Shown here piece after piece: positions 27,201 to 37,418 of a stretch of 64,000 nucleotides of DNA. The position numbers and the translations under genes were made by a program. The notes under the pieces were generated by a model. It was not told the origin of the DNA. It did no database searches and saw only the letters and a program-made list of their open reading frames with translations. Each line of letters starts with the position of its first letter. The stretch's first letter is position 1. Origin of the DNA: Dehalococcoidia bacterium (GTDB lineage: Bacteria > Chloroflexota > Dehalococcoidia > GIF9 > UBA5629); NCBI GenBank assembly GCA_003142375.1, contig PLME01000005.1, forward strand, positions 114,582 to 178,581. The letters run 5' to 3'.

Positions 27201-29138
27201 GTGGCGGGCTATATGTATAGGGTATTCGGCCTCTTACTGATATTGGCGCTGGCCTTCTATCTGGCCTTCATCCCCCATATCGGCTATGCCTATCCGCTTC
27301 ATGGGGACGAGTGGATGCATATGACCTATGCTGAAACCATTGCCGGGACCGGCTCCATTACCTTTCCCGACCCCTTTACGGGCTTGACCGACATTAAATT
27401 GGGAGGCAACCTCTGGGTGGGCTATCATATCCTCTGGTCCATCTTCCAGCAGGTCAGCGGCATAGACTGGATAATTCTTTTCAGGTACTTTCCCTCCATC
27501 ATATTCATGCTTACCGTCCTGGCTGTCTATATCTTAGCCGCCAGGCAGGGCTACGGGTTGGAAGCTGCCTTCTTTACCTGCCTCATACCCACTACAGGCG
27601 GTCTGCTCGGCCCCGCCTTCATGGTTCCCATGGCTCTGGCCATGCTCTTCATACCGCTGTCGCTATTTCTCGCCTTCAATATAAAGAAGTGGCCTTCCTA
27701 CCCGCTGATATTTCTCTTTACCGGTTTCCTTTTGATATCCCACGCTACAACTGCCATCGCCCTCTGTATCATTCTGGCTCCCTATATCCTGTTAAATATC
27801 AAGGGGAATATCCGCCACGCAGCGGGAGTGTTGGCCGCCCTTGTTCTGCCCTTTGCCCTGTCATTGCCCTGGACTTTCCAGATAGCGGTTCAGACCGCCC
27901 GGCAATTGTTAGTACCGCAGTATTTCTCCCCTTTCATTGAGCTGCCTGACCTATTATTAGAGTATGGCTTATTGCCTATCGCCTTCAGCTTCATCGGTAC
28001 CGTCATATTAGTAATGAAGGGCGGCAAGAAAAACCTTGGTTTGGTGTCCGGGCTGGCTTTATTGCTCATCATAATGCTCGTATTTATCAGGTTCCATTAC
28101 GGTTTGTCCACGGTATATGAGCGTGGCCTGACAGCCATGCTGTTGATTTTAAGCATCCTTGCCGGCGCGGGATTATTCCGGCTGAGAAAGCTTAAGCTGC
28201 CCGCCAATTTTCTGGACAGACATAAATCCATTCTTCTCAGAAATAGCACTAATATAAGCTGTGTGTCTCTGGTTGTATTAATCCTCGCCGTTGCTATCCC
28301 AACCCGCCTCAATGCTGTCTTTTACCATATGATTGACGACGAAGACTACCGGGCATTTACCTGGATTAACGATCATGTTGGAACGGACTACAGTTCAGCA
28401 CTGGTAGATCCGTGGAAAGCCACGGCTTTCTCTGCCATCACCGGTAAAAAAGTCCTTCATAGGATATGGCCCAAGCAGGACCCGATTGACGATAGGATTT
28501 ACAGTTACCTGAAGGGTGGATGTCAGGACCCGGTTTTTCTGAGGGACAACAAGGTGTCCTTTATCTATAACCTGTTGCCATGCGATAATCGCGATTTGAT
28601 TGAAGTAAGTGACCGGGTATTTGTAACAAATCCAAATATATATGTTACTTTTGCAGCAAATGATCAGTTACAGAATGCCGGCTTCGAGGCCGTTTACGGA
28701 AATCCGCCTGCACACTGGGGGAAATGGTCACAGAATTGCAAACCCACTTTCCTGTATCCCGAACCGGGCCGGATCGGAGGGTCATCTGTCGCTATACAAA
28801 TGATGGAACTTGAACCATTTACGCCGTGGCCGCAAGCGATATGGCTTCAGAACATCCCGGTTCAGTCCGGTAAATCCTATACAGTTGGGGGCTGGATTAA
28901 AAGTGAAAATATTGAGGGAAAAGGCGGTGCAATGATTGTGCCTCAATGGAAAGGACCGGGGAATAAATGGATTAGTCAAACCGCGTTTATGCCATATCTG
29001 AAAGGGGCAACTGGCTGGACTTATTACCAGGGTAATGTCACCGCTCCGCCGGGAGCAACTATCTGCACAGTATGTTGCTTTATGGCTGGCTGTTCAGGTA
29101 CAGCCTGGTATGACGATATCTCATTCAAAGAGAAATAA
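27201..29138 (+). CDS. GT-C-like polytopic membrane protein with C-terminal carbohydrate-binding (CBM4/9-like) module
   Basis: First-loop acidic motif LHGDEWMH, many TMs, DYRAFTWI soluble domain, C-terminal LQNAGFE...GKSYTVGGWIK...GTAWYDDISF. Confidence 0.65.
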   Translation: MAGYMYRVFGLLLILALAFYLAFIPHIGYAYPLHGDEWMHMTYAETIAGTGSITFPDPFTGLTDIKLGGNLWVGYHILWSIFQQVSGIDWIILFRYFPSIIFMLTVLAVYILAARQGYGLEAAFFTCLIPTTGGLLGPAFMVPMALAMLFIPLSLFLAFNIKKWPSYPLIFLFTGFLLISHATTAIALCIILAPYILLNIKGNIRHAAGVLAALVLPFALSLPWTFQIAVQTARQLLVPQYFSPFIELPDLLLEYGLLPIAFSFIGTVILVMKGGKKNLGLVSGLALLLIIMLVFIRFHYGLSTVYERGLTAMLLILSILAGAGLFRLRKLKLPANFLDRHKSILLRNSTNISCVSLVVLILAVAIPTRLNAVFYHMIDDEDYRAFTWINDHVGTDYSSALVDPWKATAFSAITGKKVLHRIWPKQDPIDDRIYSYLKGGCQDPVFLRDNKVSFIYNLLPCDNRDLIEVSDRVFVTNPNIYVTFAANDQLQNAGFEAVYGNPPAHWGKWSQNCKPTFLYPEPGRIGGSSVAIQMMELEPFTPWPQAIWLQNIPVQSGKSYTVGGWIKSENIEGKGGAMIVPQWKGPGNKWISQTAFMPYLKGATGWTYYQGNVTAPPGATICTVCCFMAGCSGTAWYDDISFKEK

Positions 29139-29243
29139 ATTAAAGAAGATCATTTTGGGAGGATACATCGGGATGACAACGTAAGTATATCTTTAGATTG
29201 TCATTAGATTTAAGGTATACTTTATAGGTAATTCAATGATTTC

Positions 29244-30140
29244 TTGAGGGGCTATTTTTTGAATTCACGGTTCAATATCGATCTGGCTCTGGTCTTGATC
29301 TTATCATTTATTCTAATTTTAATAATTCTTTTTATCCCGATTGATGCAATCAGGATCATTCTAGGGCTGCCGTTCATACTGTTTTTTCCGGGCTATACAC
29401 TGGTCGCCGCATTATTTCCCGGAAAATCCGGCTTACAGAGCGTAGAAAGGCTGGCACTGAGCATCGGTTTAAGTCTGGCTATAATGCCGCTTATCGGCCT
29501 GATCCTTAACTGCACGCCATGGGGTATAAGGCTCCACCCCATACTAATTTCCCTTACCGTCTTTATCATGGCGATGTGCACAATTGCTTTTTTACGGCGA
29601 AACCGTTTATCCGATGATGATAAATACGACTTCGGCTCTATGCTAACCATCCGCAAAGCCGGAGCAAAAGAAGTTCCTGCCACAGACGGCATGCCCTCCC
29701 TTAAAAAGAAAAAATGGATGGATAGACTGCTTAATATTGTACTGGCACTGGCCGCCGTTGTCTGTATTTGCACCATTGTTTATGCGATCGTAACACCGAA
29801 AACAGGCGAGAAATTTTCCGAGTTCTATGTACTGGGAAACGAAGGCAAGGCGGAGAATTATCCGCGTGATGTTAAACTGGGGTCTCCAATATTGCTTACT
29901 ATAGGTATTGTGAACCATGAACAGGCGGAAACTGTGTATACCGGTAAAGTGACTATTGACGGGGTCAATAATATTGCCTTACCCACGATAACGCTGGCTC
30001 CAGAGCAAAACCAGGAGCAGGTTATTTCGTTCACCCCCACCAAAGTGGGCCAGAGTCAGAAAGTGGAGTTTTTACTATTTAAGAATGCGGAGACAGAACC
30101 GTATTTAACGCTTCATATCTGGGTGAATGTGAGAAAGTAG
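29244..30140 (+). CDS. DUF1616 membrane protein
   Basis: LFFPGYTLVAALFP, ERLALSIGLS, GEKFSEFYVLG..GKAENYP, IVNHE. Confidence 0.85.
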   Translation: MRGYFLNSRFNIDLALVLILSFILILIILFIPIDAIRIILGLPFILFFPGYTLVAALFPGKSGLQSVERLALSIGLSLAIMPLIGLILNCTPWGIRLHPILISLTVFIMAMCTIAFLRRNRLSDDDKYDFGSMLTIRKAGAKEVPATDGMPSLKKKKWMDRLLNIVLALAAVVCICTIVYAIVTPKTGEKFSEFYVLGNEGKAENYPRDVKLGSPILLTIGIVNHEQAETVYTGKVTIDGVNNIALPTITLAPEQNQEQVISFTPTKVGQSQKVEFLLFKNAETEPYLTLHIWVNVRK

Positions 30141-30219
30141 AACTAGATACGTACCTAATTTTGTTTGACATCAATAGTAATCAACTGGCATGTGCCGGTA
30201 ATAGGGTAGCGGTTTAAAG

Positions 30220-31509
30220 ATGAACAGTCCGGGAGGTATCAATTTAATAGCGTATCTCCGCGATCCCTTAAGAAACAATGCTCTCTTTTTTATGGCTGCC
30301 AATGCCAGCAATAATCTGATAGGATTTTTCTTCTGGACGTTGGCAGCAAGATTATATACCGTTGAAGATATCGGCAAAGCAACAGCATTAATCTCAGCCG
30401 CTAATTTATTAATTCTCTTCGCGGGCCTGGGCATGGGCATTGGAGTTATTCGCTTTCTATCGGAAGAAAAAAATAAAACCGCCTTAATTAATACTGCCTT
30501 CACAATATCCGAAGTCACTGCACTGATATTATCCTTAATTTTTATCCTGGGCATTGGGGTATGGTCACCAGCTTTAGCTTTTATTTATGATAATTATCTG
30601 CTTATAGCGCTGTTCATCATATTTGCCGTATTTAGTGTTATCCAATCATTACTGTCATTTACCTTTGTTGCCTTTGGTGCCGCTAGATATTCATTTTATC
30701 AGAGCCTGATCGTAGGTATAAAAGTGATCATCCTGATTTTCCTTATACATCTGGGGATAACGGGCGTTTTTGCTTCGTTCGCATTAGGACCTATAATCGC
30801 TGTTATCGTAACTTATATCATTTTTCTGCCGGCAGTATATCCGGGATATAAATTCATCCCTTCTTTTAACGGAACAATTCTCGATACTATAGTGCATTTT
30901 TCCTTGGGTAATTACTTCGGTGAGTGTTTTAAATCATTAACAGGCGTACTTGTGCCGCTCATTATTATTAATCTGCTGGGCGCTGAAACAAACGCCTATT
31001 TTTACGTAGCCTGGATGATTTCTGGGATCTTCTTCATGGTTTCCTATTCCATCAATTATTCATTGATAGCGGCCACAGCGCCTCATCCTGAAGAGCTCCG
31101 CAAGCAAATTGTTAAGGCGTTGAAATTTGCTTTACTGATTCTGATACCGGCAATCATAGTCGTCTATTTTGCAGGCGGATTTATCCTGTCATTATTCGGA
31201 AAAGAATATGCACAGGGAGGGCTGGACCTCTTACACATACTGATTGTTTCCAGCATACCGGTGGCTGTGAATGAAATTTACGTCGCCGTTTACCGCATTA
31301 GAAAGCAGATAAAACCAATTATTCTAATATATGGCTTTATAGCGCTATTTTCTATTGGTGCAGGATATATACTTCTTAAAATACTGGGATTAACAGGAAT
31401 TGGTATAGCCTGGCTGTCAGCTCATTGCATTATGATGATGATCCTTTTTGGAATTAATCTAAAATATATTCGGTCAACTACTAATGTGAGTAATCCCCCC
31501 AATAAGTAA
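30220..31509 (+). CDS. Oligosaccharide flippase (Wzx/RfbX, MOP superfamily)
   Basis: GFFFWTLAARLY, ~12 TMs, LFGKEY. Confidence 0.85.
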   Translation: MNSPGGINLIAYLRDPLRNNALFFMAANASNNLIGFFFWTLAARLYTVEDIGKATALISAANLLILFAGLGMGIGVIRFLSEEKNKTALINTAFTISEVTALILSLIFILGIGVWSPALAFIYDNYLLIALFIIFAVFSVIQSLLSFTFVAFGAARYSFYQSLIVGIKVIILIFLIHLGITGVFASFALGPIIAVIVTYIIFLPAVYPGYKFIPSFNGTILDTIVHFSLGNYFGECFKSLTGVLVPLIIINLLGAETNAYFYVAWMISGIFFMVSYSINYSLIAATAPHPEELRKQIVKALKFALLILIPAIIVVYFAGGFILSLFGKEYAQGGLDLLHILIVSSIPVAVNEIYVAVYRIRKQIKPIILIYGFIALFSIGAGYILLKILGLTGIGIAWLSAHCIMMMILFGINLKYIRSTTNVSNPPNK

Positions 31510-31616
31510 AAGTAATGGTCTTTATCCCAATCTTGATAAATGGACCAATAATCCTCATATCACCTACTAAAAGCCTCCCCTTTTCTTACCAACCGTAGTG
31601 CTAGTTTTGCAGATCA

Positions 31617-31694
31617 TCTTATCGTATTGGGCCGCGCGGTGGCCGCTTTTCCCGGGATGACGTGCTCATCTTCCTCAGCGATACTCTAAAATAG
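31617..31694 (+). pseudogene. 3' half duplicate of the HTH gene at 43117
   Basis: SYRIGPRGGRFSRDDVLIFLSDTLK* versus SYRIGPRGDRRFSKDDVLIFLSHTQ; part of a ~225-bp duplication 31617-31841 / 43228-43456. Confidence 0.75.
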
Positions 31695-31733
31695 CCCGAA
31701 GTCAAAATTTGATCTATACGCCTTGTTAATACA

Positions 31734-31796
31734 AAACTCCGCCAGGGCTTGGCAGGCTTCGCTGGCGGAGTCTGGCACAGGGAGAAAACCCGTGCT
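31734..31796. repeat. Two-hairpin structured element, copy 1
   Basis: ACTCCGCCAG..CTGGCGGAGT stem plus GCAC(A)GGG..CCCGTGC stem; recurs at 32004 and 43348. Confidence 0.75.
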
Positions 31797-32003
31797 TGTC
31801 GGCTATTCTAACAAAGCTTCAGTGACAACTCAATCAATATCGTTCATATCTCATCAATTCATAGTACTTTTGTACTAGTCAGCTAATAGTACTTTGTGAC
31901 CAGTAGTACTTTTAGACCATAGAAAAGGGACTAATGGGCTATTATCTTTAGCTTCAACGCAGCGTATATTGATTACAGTCCGATAAATACAGGGCGAATA
32001 ACG

Positions 32004-32066
32004 AAACTCCGCCAGGGCTTGGCAGGCTTCGCTGACGGAGTTTAGCACGGGGAGAAGAACCATGCT
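32004..32066. repeat. Two-hairpin structured element, copy 2
   Basis: Diverged copy; second hairpin contains GGGGAG and the ATG of the 32062 ORF. Confidence 0.75.
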
Positions 32067-33300
32067 ACGTTTACATGGAATTATCCGGCGTCAGACCGCT
32101 GCACGCAAACAGCTGCACGTTATTAATAAGTCCCTGCTATTCTGTTTTCTTTTAATGGCTTGCTTGAGTACTATTTGCAGTGTAGCATTGCCACCCGTCG
32201 CTCTTGCATCTAATATAGATGGCAAATTTTATTTGCCTGAAAATCTATTCTCAGATACCGCAACATATTTCATAGCAGCCTCAGATGCTACAGCAACAGA
32301 AAAGGCACAGGCTGATGTTGTATGTGATGGAAAGGCAGACCAGGTTGAAATTAATGCAGCTATTATAGCAGGACACAATCATATCGTACTATCAAGTGGT
32401 ACTTTTGCAATTGGTGCACAGATTGTTTTGGCAAGTAACATATGGCTTCAAGGGCAAGGTGCTGGAACTATTATAAAAATTGGTGGCGATTATTCTGGCA
32501 TAAAAGTCATAGGTTGTACATACTTTACTCTATCTGATTTTGAAGTAGATGGAGATAATAAAAACACGGGTCTTGGAAGTCATTCTATTTATATCCGTAC
32601 GGGATGTTCTCATTTCACAGTTAGAGATTTACGAGTAGTAAACTCCCATTCCTTTTCACTTATGTTTGACGATGATTGTAGTTATGGCGTAGTTGATAAT
32701 ATTTATTGTTTAAGTTCCAATGAAGCATATCACGATGGAGTACATCTTAATGGTTGTAGCAATATGACAGTAAGTAATATTTATGGTTCAACTGGTGATG
32801 ACTTATTGTGTATTGGGTCCAAAACAGTAGCCACCTCTCATATAACAGCAACAAATATTTCAGGAGTTTCTGGTATGGCGCATCTATGCAGAATATATAT
32901 TGCAGAGCATGCTTCTGCAGGGGCGGCTGTATCAGATATTACTGTTAGCAACATATCCGGCACTGCTAAGAGATTATTGATTATTAACAGCGACACCAAC
33001 GGAACTATCAGTAGAGTTTCTGTTAATAATATTAGTGGGGTTGGAACTGCTAATGGAATCCGTGCTGATACGACCGCTGGCGGGACTATTTCCGACATTA
33101 ATATTGATGGTTTTAGTGTTAGTGGCTCCAGTACCTATGGAGTATTTATTAATGGCGTAACCAGGGGGGCATTGACAAATGGCTCAATTCTAAATTGCTC
33201 TGACCATTCTCTACTTCTAAGAGCCAATACAGCCTTCAAATGCGATAACATCAATATTAAAACAGAGGTTGCAAGCCGGTCAGGTGTGGCGGTAGATTGA
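32062..33300 (+). CDS. Exported right-handed parallel beta-helix protein (pectate-lyase/tailspike-like), possibly C-terminally truncated
   Basis: Signal-like segment; ADVVCDGKADQVEINAAI; GH28-like DGVHL...TGDD; Asn/Ser/Gly-rich beta-helix repeats. Confidence 0.7.
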   Translation: MLRLHGIIRRQTAARKQLHVINKSLLFCFLLMACLSTICSVALPPVALASNIDGKFYLPENLFSDTATYFIAASDATATEKAQADVVCDGKADQVEINAAIIAGHNHIVLSSGTFAIGAQIVLASNIWLQGQGAGTIIKIGGDYSGIKVIGCTYFTLSDFEVDGDNKNTGLGSHSIYIRTGCSHFTVRDLRVVNSHSFSLMFDDDCSYGVVDNIYCLSSNEAYHDGVHLNGCSNMTVSNIYGSTGDDLLCIGSKTVATSHITATNISGVSGMAHLCRIYIAEHASAGAAVSDITVSNISGTAKRLLIINSDTNGTISRVSVNNISGVGTANGIRADTTAGGTISDINIDGFSVSGSSTYGVFINGVTRGALTNGSILNCSDHSLLLRANTAFKCDNINIKTEVASRSGVAVD

Positions 33301-33331
33301 CCCCACCCCCGTAATTTAATCAATAATAACT

Positions 33332-35083
33332 TCATTTATTCTCTAAATAATACAATTTTTCATGATTGTTATCATATATATTGGCAAATGAAATTTGATT
33401 ATCAATATTTAATATTAGAGAACTATTTGGGATGTTGGACAACCCGCCCCATTTAATATATAACTTATATTCTGTATTCAATTGAGATAACGCAATATAG
33501 TTGCAAATAGCATAATCCATGTTTTCCGTTCTCAAATTATCAATATCTTTGGGTGATTGAGATTTGAATAATTCTTCTATCTGATTTCCCCACAATCCCA
33601 TTCTATTGCCAAAAGCAGTAATGCTTTCAGTCATCTGAGTATCGGCTAAATAACCAGTATTATTATTTGTTTTATCATTTATCCACATAGAAAAAGTTTT
33701 TAAAGAAATCGGTGTTTCTTCTGGAATTAATCCTTTGGTATATATTTGTGGTGCAAAAGCAGTTAGTGGTCCTAATATTAATGTGATAATACAAAACCCC
33801 ATTATGATTGTTTTACTATACTTAAACCGATAAGTATAGAAACTATGCATGATCATAAATGCAGCGGATATTGATAAGGGAAAAACTAAGTAATCAATGA
33901 TTCGAAAACCTTCTACTGAAATCCCACCAGGCCCACCAAGTGGAACAATAAACGCCACCCCAATCAATAAAAAAATAAAAAATGACCAGATTGTCGTAAT
34001 TTGCATTAGTCTATTGTCTTCCATTTTGTAAAATTTATGCTTTACACTTTTTAAAATTGAATACATAATGCCTGAGATTCCCAATAACGCAATAGAAAAA
34101 TATTGTATTAAACGTCCAATGGCTAAATAGGATGGGAAAAATGTTTCACTGGCATGAGAAGGCCAGGATAATTTAGAAATAAACCCATTTTCCATAACAT
34201 TCTTTAATTGAACAATAAAGGCCTTTATATTATGTGCAATAAATCCCGGAACAGTTATGTATATCCACCATGAAACCAGTGACACTGACCATAGAATTAT
34301 TGTTGTTACAGGGATTTTTGTCTTTGTTTTGTTTAGATAATCAAATAGGACAATAATTATAATCGTAAACAAAAATACTACCGAATCTAATTGATGAGAA
34401 ACAATTGATAGCACTATTGAAATGAATAGGATAATTGTCATAGAAATGCTGTTTGTATTTATTCTCTTAAATATAATAAATAAAGCCATAAAAAAGCCTA
34501 AACGAGATAATTCTTGTACTATTACATGTGTTCTATTTAGTATTGACACCACTATAAGTGCATAAAATAGTAAAGATAATAATGAAATATTACTTTTATT
34601 TGTAATTGTTAAGACAAATAAATATAGGAATAATGATACCATTATGCCAATAGTAACGGTCAGCAAATAATATTCTACAGGCATGTTGAAAGGCATAATA
34701 ATATATACGAACGCCAATAAAATATGAGCTCCCGGCCACGATGAAAACACCTGGTGAGGTATTAAAGGTAAATCCTTTGCGATATAACCATTTTCAATTA
34801 TATAATCTGCATATAAAACATGATGATAGTTAAATCCCCATGGTAAGTTAGTGAGCAATAATGGCAAAATCGAAGGAATGATGATTACTATTAGGCAGCT
34901 TATTAAGTTAGTGGATTTATTAGTATCATGAAAAATATTAAACACTAAAATGGAGAGTGCCGCACCATAAAAAATGAAAAAAATTAATGAAAATAGGGGA
35001 TTATAGTTAATTAATAAAAGTGCCGTAATAGCACATAAAATATTAATATAAAATATTTTGTAAAAATATTTAGGATTATTCAT
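33332..35083 (-). CDS. Polytopic membrane protein (GT-C/polymerase-like), very AT-rich
   Basis: Many TMs, FSSWPGAH motif, C-terminal soluble domain ending IYDNN; located in glycosylation locus. Confidence 0.55.
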   Translation of the reverse strand: MNNPKYFYKIFYINILCAITALLLINYNPLFSLIFFIFYGAALSILVFNIFHDTNKSTNLISCLIVIIIPSILPLLLTNLPWGFNYHHVLYADYIIENGYIAKDLPLIPHQVFSSWPGAHILLAFVYIIMPFNMPVEYYLLTVTIGIMVSLFLYLFVLTITNKSNISLLSLLFYALIVVSILNRTHVIVQELSRLGFFMALFIIFKRINTNSISMTIILFISIVLSIVSHQLDSVVFLFTIIIIVLFDYLNKTKTKIPVTTIILWSVSLVSWWIYITVPGFIAHNIKAFIVQLKNVMENGFISKLSWPSHASETFFPSYLAIGRLIQYFSIALLGISGIMYSILKSVKHKFYKMEDNRLMQITTIWSFFIFLLIGVAFIVPLGGPGGISVEGFRIIDYLVFPLSISAAFMIMHSFYTYRFKYSKTIIMGFCIITLILGPLTAFAPQIYTKGLIPEETPISLKTFSMWINDKTNNNTGYLADTQMTESITAFGNRMGLWGNQIEELFKSQSPKDIDNLRTENMDYAICNYIALSQLNTEYKLYIKWGGLSNIPNSSLILNIDNQISFANIYDNNHEKLYYLENK

Positions 35084-35213
35084 GTACTATACTATGACCT
35101 GGTTATCATTATGAGGAACATAGGCAAAAACCAAAGTTTCATATCAGCTATCTTACCACCATCTCGTAAATATTCTCTACCTTTTTTGCCATGTTTTCCC
35201 GTGAATACTTGAG

Positions 35214-36740
35214 CTAATGTTCTGGATTAAAAATGCTCTTCCCATCGAATAGAAAGTCGCCGTGTACGTTAAGCAGGTCAAGTACGGTTGGGGCGATGTC
35301 CATTAATGTTATATTAAATTGGGAGAAATTTTCTGAACCCGGATAGGATATTAGAAATACCGGGGAATCTGAGCGGTGCGATCCCGGATGTATTTCATGC
35401 GTTCCGGATTTTCCCATGATTGGGCAGTGTATGGACCATCCTATTCCATATCCCTCCTGCAACTCAAAAACAATGTCAGGGTACCGATTAATGAACTCGC
35501 CCTGATACAGCTCTTCGCGTCGGCAGATCCACTTCATTATATTGATACCAGAAGTTGGCTCCCTAATTATGGAAAGCCTGTCAATAATTGCGCTCCGCAG
35601 CTCTTCGTAGCTATTCCTCTTTTTGGCATCACCGCTTATTTCAATGCCCCCGTACGAGTAAGCTTTTATGCCGGAAAGGTCGGAAACACAGGCTATAGTC
35701 TTATCCCAGTCAACCCCTGATGGTGCGGCATAGATTTTCCTGGCCCAGGGGAATAACCTAAGTAATCGGGCAGCTATTACCTCAACACCATGCACAGAGA
35801 TAAGACGGTCAGCCGCTCTTTTGGCCATCTCAGTGAATCTACTTAAATTGCTCTGATGGTTTTGTCCGCCTTTAGATACCAGATATCCTTCTTTCCTAAG
35901 GATCTCATTAATGTTGACAAGGTTGACAGGGCGCATACCGTGTCCGTGGTCACTGAAAATAATTACCGTTGATCCAGAATTAACGGCGGACAGAAGCTCT
36001 CCTATCTTTTTGTCATAAAGGACGTAAAAGTCTTTTATCACATCTTTAAAAGGAGTACCTGCCACATGTGTGGGATCTTTATCATCATGGTGGGACCAGA
36101 AGCAGTGTTGAATAGAATCAAGAACCGAGGAGTACATAAAGAACAGGTCCCAGTCATCCTTTCTCAGCATCTCAATCCCAAATGAGAATTCGTTAGAGAG
36201 AAGATTCTTGCATTTAGCAATAATCTTATATAGTGCGGATGCTTTTAGCGATGAAATCTCTTGGATCATGTTCAATCCGCTTAAGTCCTTATCTTTGCCA
36301 ATTTGCGATGGGTATGCCGCCGGTGCACAATTTGCGCCGAGGTGGCGCATGGATCTGGATACCATCACTCCGTTGACAGGCCAGGGGGGGTAGACTGCCA
36401 GAGGAAAAAGTACACATACTTTCTTTTGATGCTGGCTGAGGTAATCCCAGAAACAAGTGCCCTGGAGTCTTCCCCGAATGGAATTTTCCGAATCATCAAG
36501 GGCTGTGACAAAGCTCTTATTATCCAGCGGACTTCTAAAATATACAATGCCTGTAGACGCAGGGCTTTTTCCTGTATAAATGGATGCCCATGCCACGGGT
36601 GAATCAGGTGGGAAAACTGATTGCATGTGTATTTTAGGTGCATTTTTCATAAGTTCTCTTAGATTCGGGAGTTCGCTTTCGAACTTTGACAGAAGGATGG
36701 AATCAAGGGCGTCAATGCCAATCATTACGACTTTGTTCAC
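35214..36740 (-). CDS. Alkaline phosphatase superfamily (type I phosphodiesterase/nucleotide pyrophosphatase) protein
   Basis: VMIGIDALD, PPDSPVAWASIYTG, FSDHG, GSH, DIAPTVL. Confidence 0.85.
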   Translation of the reverse strand: MNKVVMIGIDALDSILLSKFESELPNLRELMKNAPKIHMQSVFPPDSPVAWASIYTGKSPASTGIVYFRSPLDNKSFVTALDDSENSIRGRLQGTCFWDYLSQHQKKVCVLFPLAVYPPWPVNGVMVSRSMRHLGANCAPAAYPSQIGKDKDLSGLNMIQEISSLKASALYKIIAKCKNLLSNEFSFGIEMLRKDDWDLFFMYSSVLDSIQHCFWSHHDDKDPTHVAGTPFKDVIKDFYVLYDKKIGELLSAVNSGSTVIIFSDHGHGMRPVNLVNINEILRKEGYLVSKGGQNHQSNLSRFTEMAKRAADRLISVHGVEVIAARLLRLFPWARKIYAAPSGVDWDKTIACVSDLSGIKAYSYGGIEISGDAKKRNSYEELRSAIIDRLSIIREPTSGINIMKWICRREELYQGEFINRYPDIVFELQEGYGIGWSIHCPIMGKSGTHEIHPGSHRSDSPVFLISYPGSENFSQFNITLMDIAPTVLDLLNVHGDFLFDGKSIFNPEH

Positions 36741-37418
36741 TTATGAAATCTCCCTTACGGCGCTCCAAATAGTTGACTGCAAGGCAGGCAGCGTATTGGT
36801 ACCGTCAATTATGGTAAAACCGTATTGCTTTGCCAAACTTAGATATAACTCTCTCCGTTCGCTTAGGTGAGTTATAGAAGGTATGTCGTCCTTGCGTTTT
36901 ATAGCCACCTCCTCCGGTGCATCTATAAGTAACACCAAAGATGGTTTAGGGAGCAACCGCTCAAAAGCCCTGAGCATGTAGCTCATTTTTCTCTCTGTGT
37001 AGGAAAGAACAACCGCCAAATCAATAAGTACATCGTAAACGTAACGGTCACTCACGACGCTCGCTCCCCGCATCATTGGGATGCGAACATTCAACAGAAG
37101 TTGGATAGCATAATCGAGACAAAAAATAGATTCGTACACGGTTCTCATTAATGGATTACGCAGCACCTTTCTTAGCGTCGTGGAATAACGCATGTAGGTT
37201 CCCGGCGTTGGCTCATGACGGGGGATGAATAATGCCTTCCCTACCCAGAAAAATGGCTTAAGTATCATTGGTTCAAGCCCGCTCCATACATACTTCGTCT
37301 TAATGCCATGCTCATTCATATTTTCAACCAGTTTTTTGGAAAGCGTCGATTTACCGGTTCCATCCATTCCAACAAGGCATACCAGAATTCCCTTCTGTCT
37401 GCTGTTTGTTACCATCAT
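36741..37418 (-). CDS. Thymidylate-kinase-like P-loop kinase
   Basis: GMDGTGKST, VSDRYVYD, PKPSLVLLIDAPEEVAIKRK. Confidence 0.8.
   Translation of the reverse strand: MMVTNSRQKGILVCLVGMDGTGKSTLSKKLVENMNEHGIKTKYVWSGLEPMILKPFFWVGKALFIPRHEPTPGTYMRYSTTLRKVLRNPLMRTVYESIFCLDYAIQLLLNVRIPMMRGASVVSDRYVYDVLIDLAVVLSYTERKMSYMLRAFERLLPKPSLVLLIDAPEEVAIKRKDDIPSITHLSERRELYLSLAKQYGFTIIDGTNTLPALQSTIWSAVREIS

Noticed and set aside
31734-32066. Two nearby hairpin repeats as a mini-CRISPR or a ZTP/c-di-GMP riboswitch
   Set aside because: Spacing of ~270 bp is too long for CRISPR; lacks the ZTP 3' CGCCUGGG element and the GEMM GGCAAA/GCAAAG pattern as I recall them
36741-37418. Housekeeping tmk
   Set aside because: Divergent sequence embedded in a glycosyltransferase operon on an island; symbol withheld
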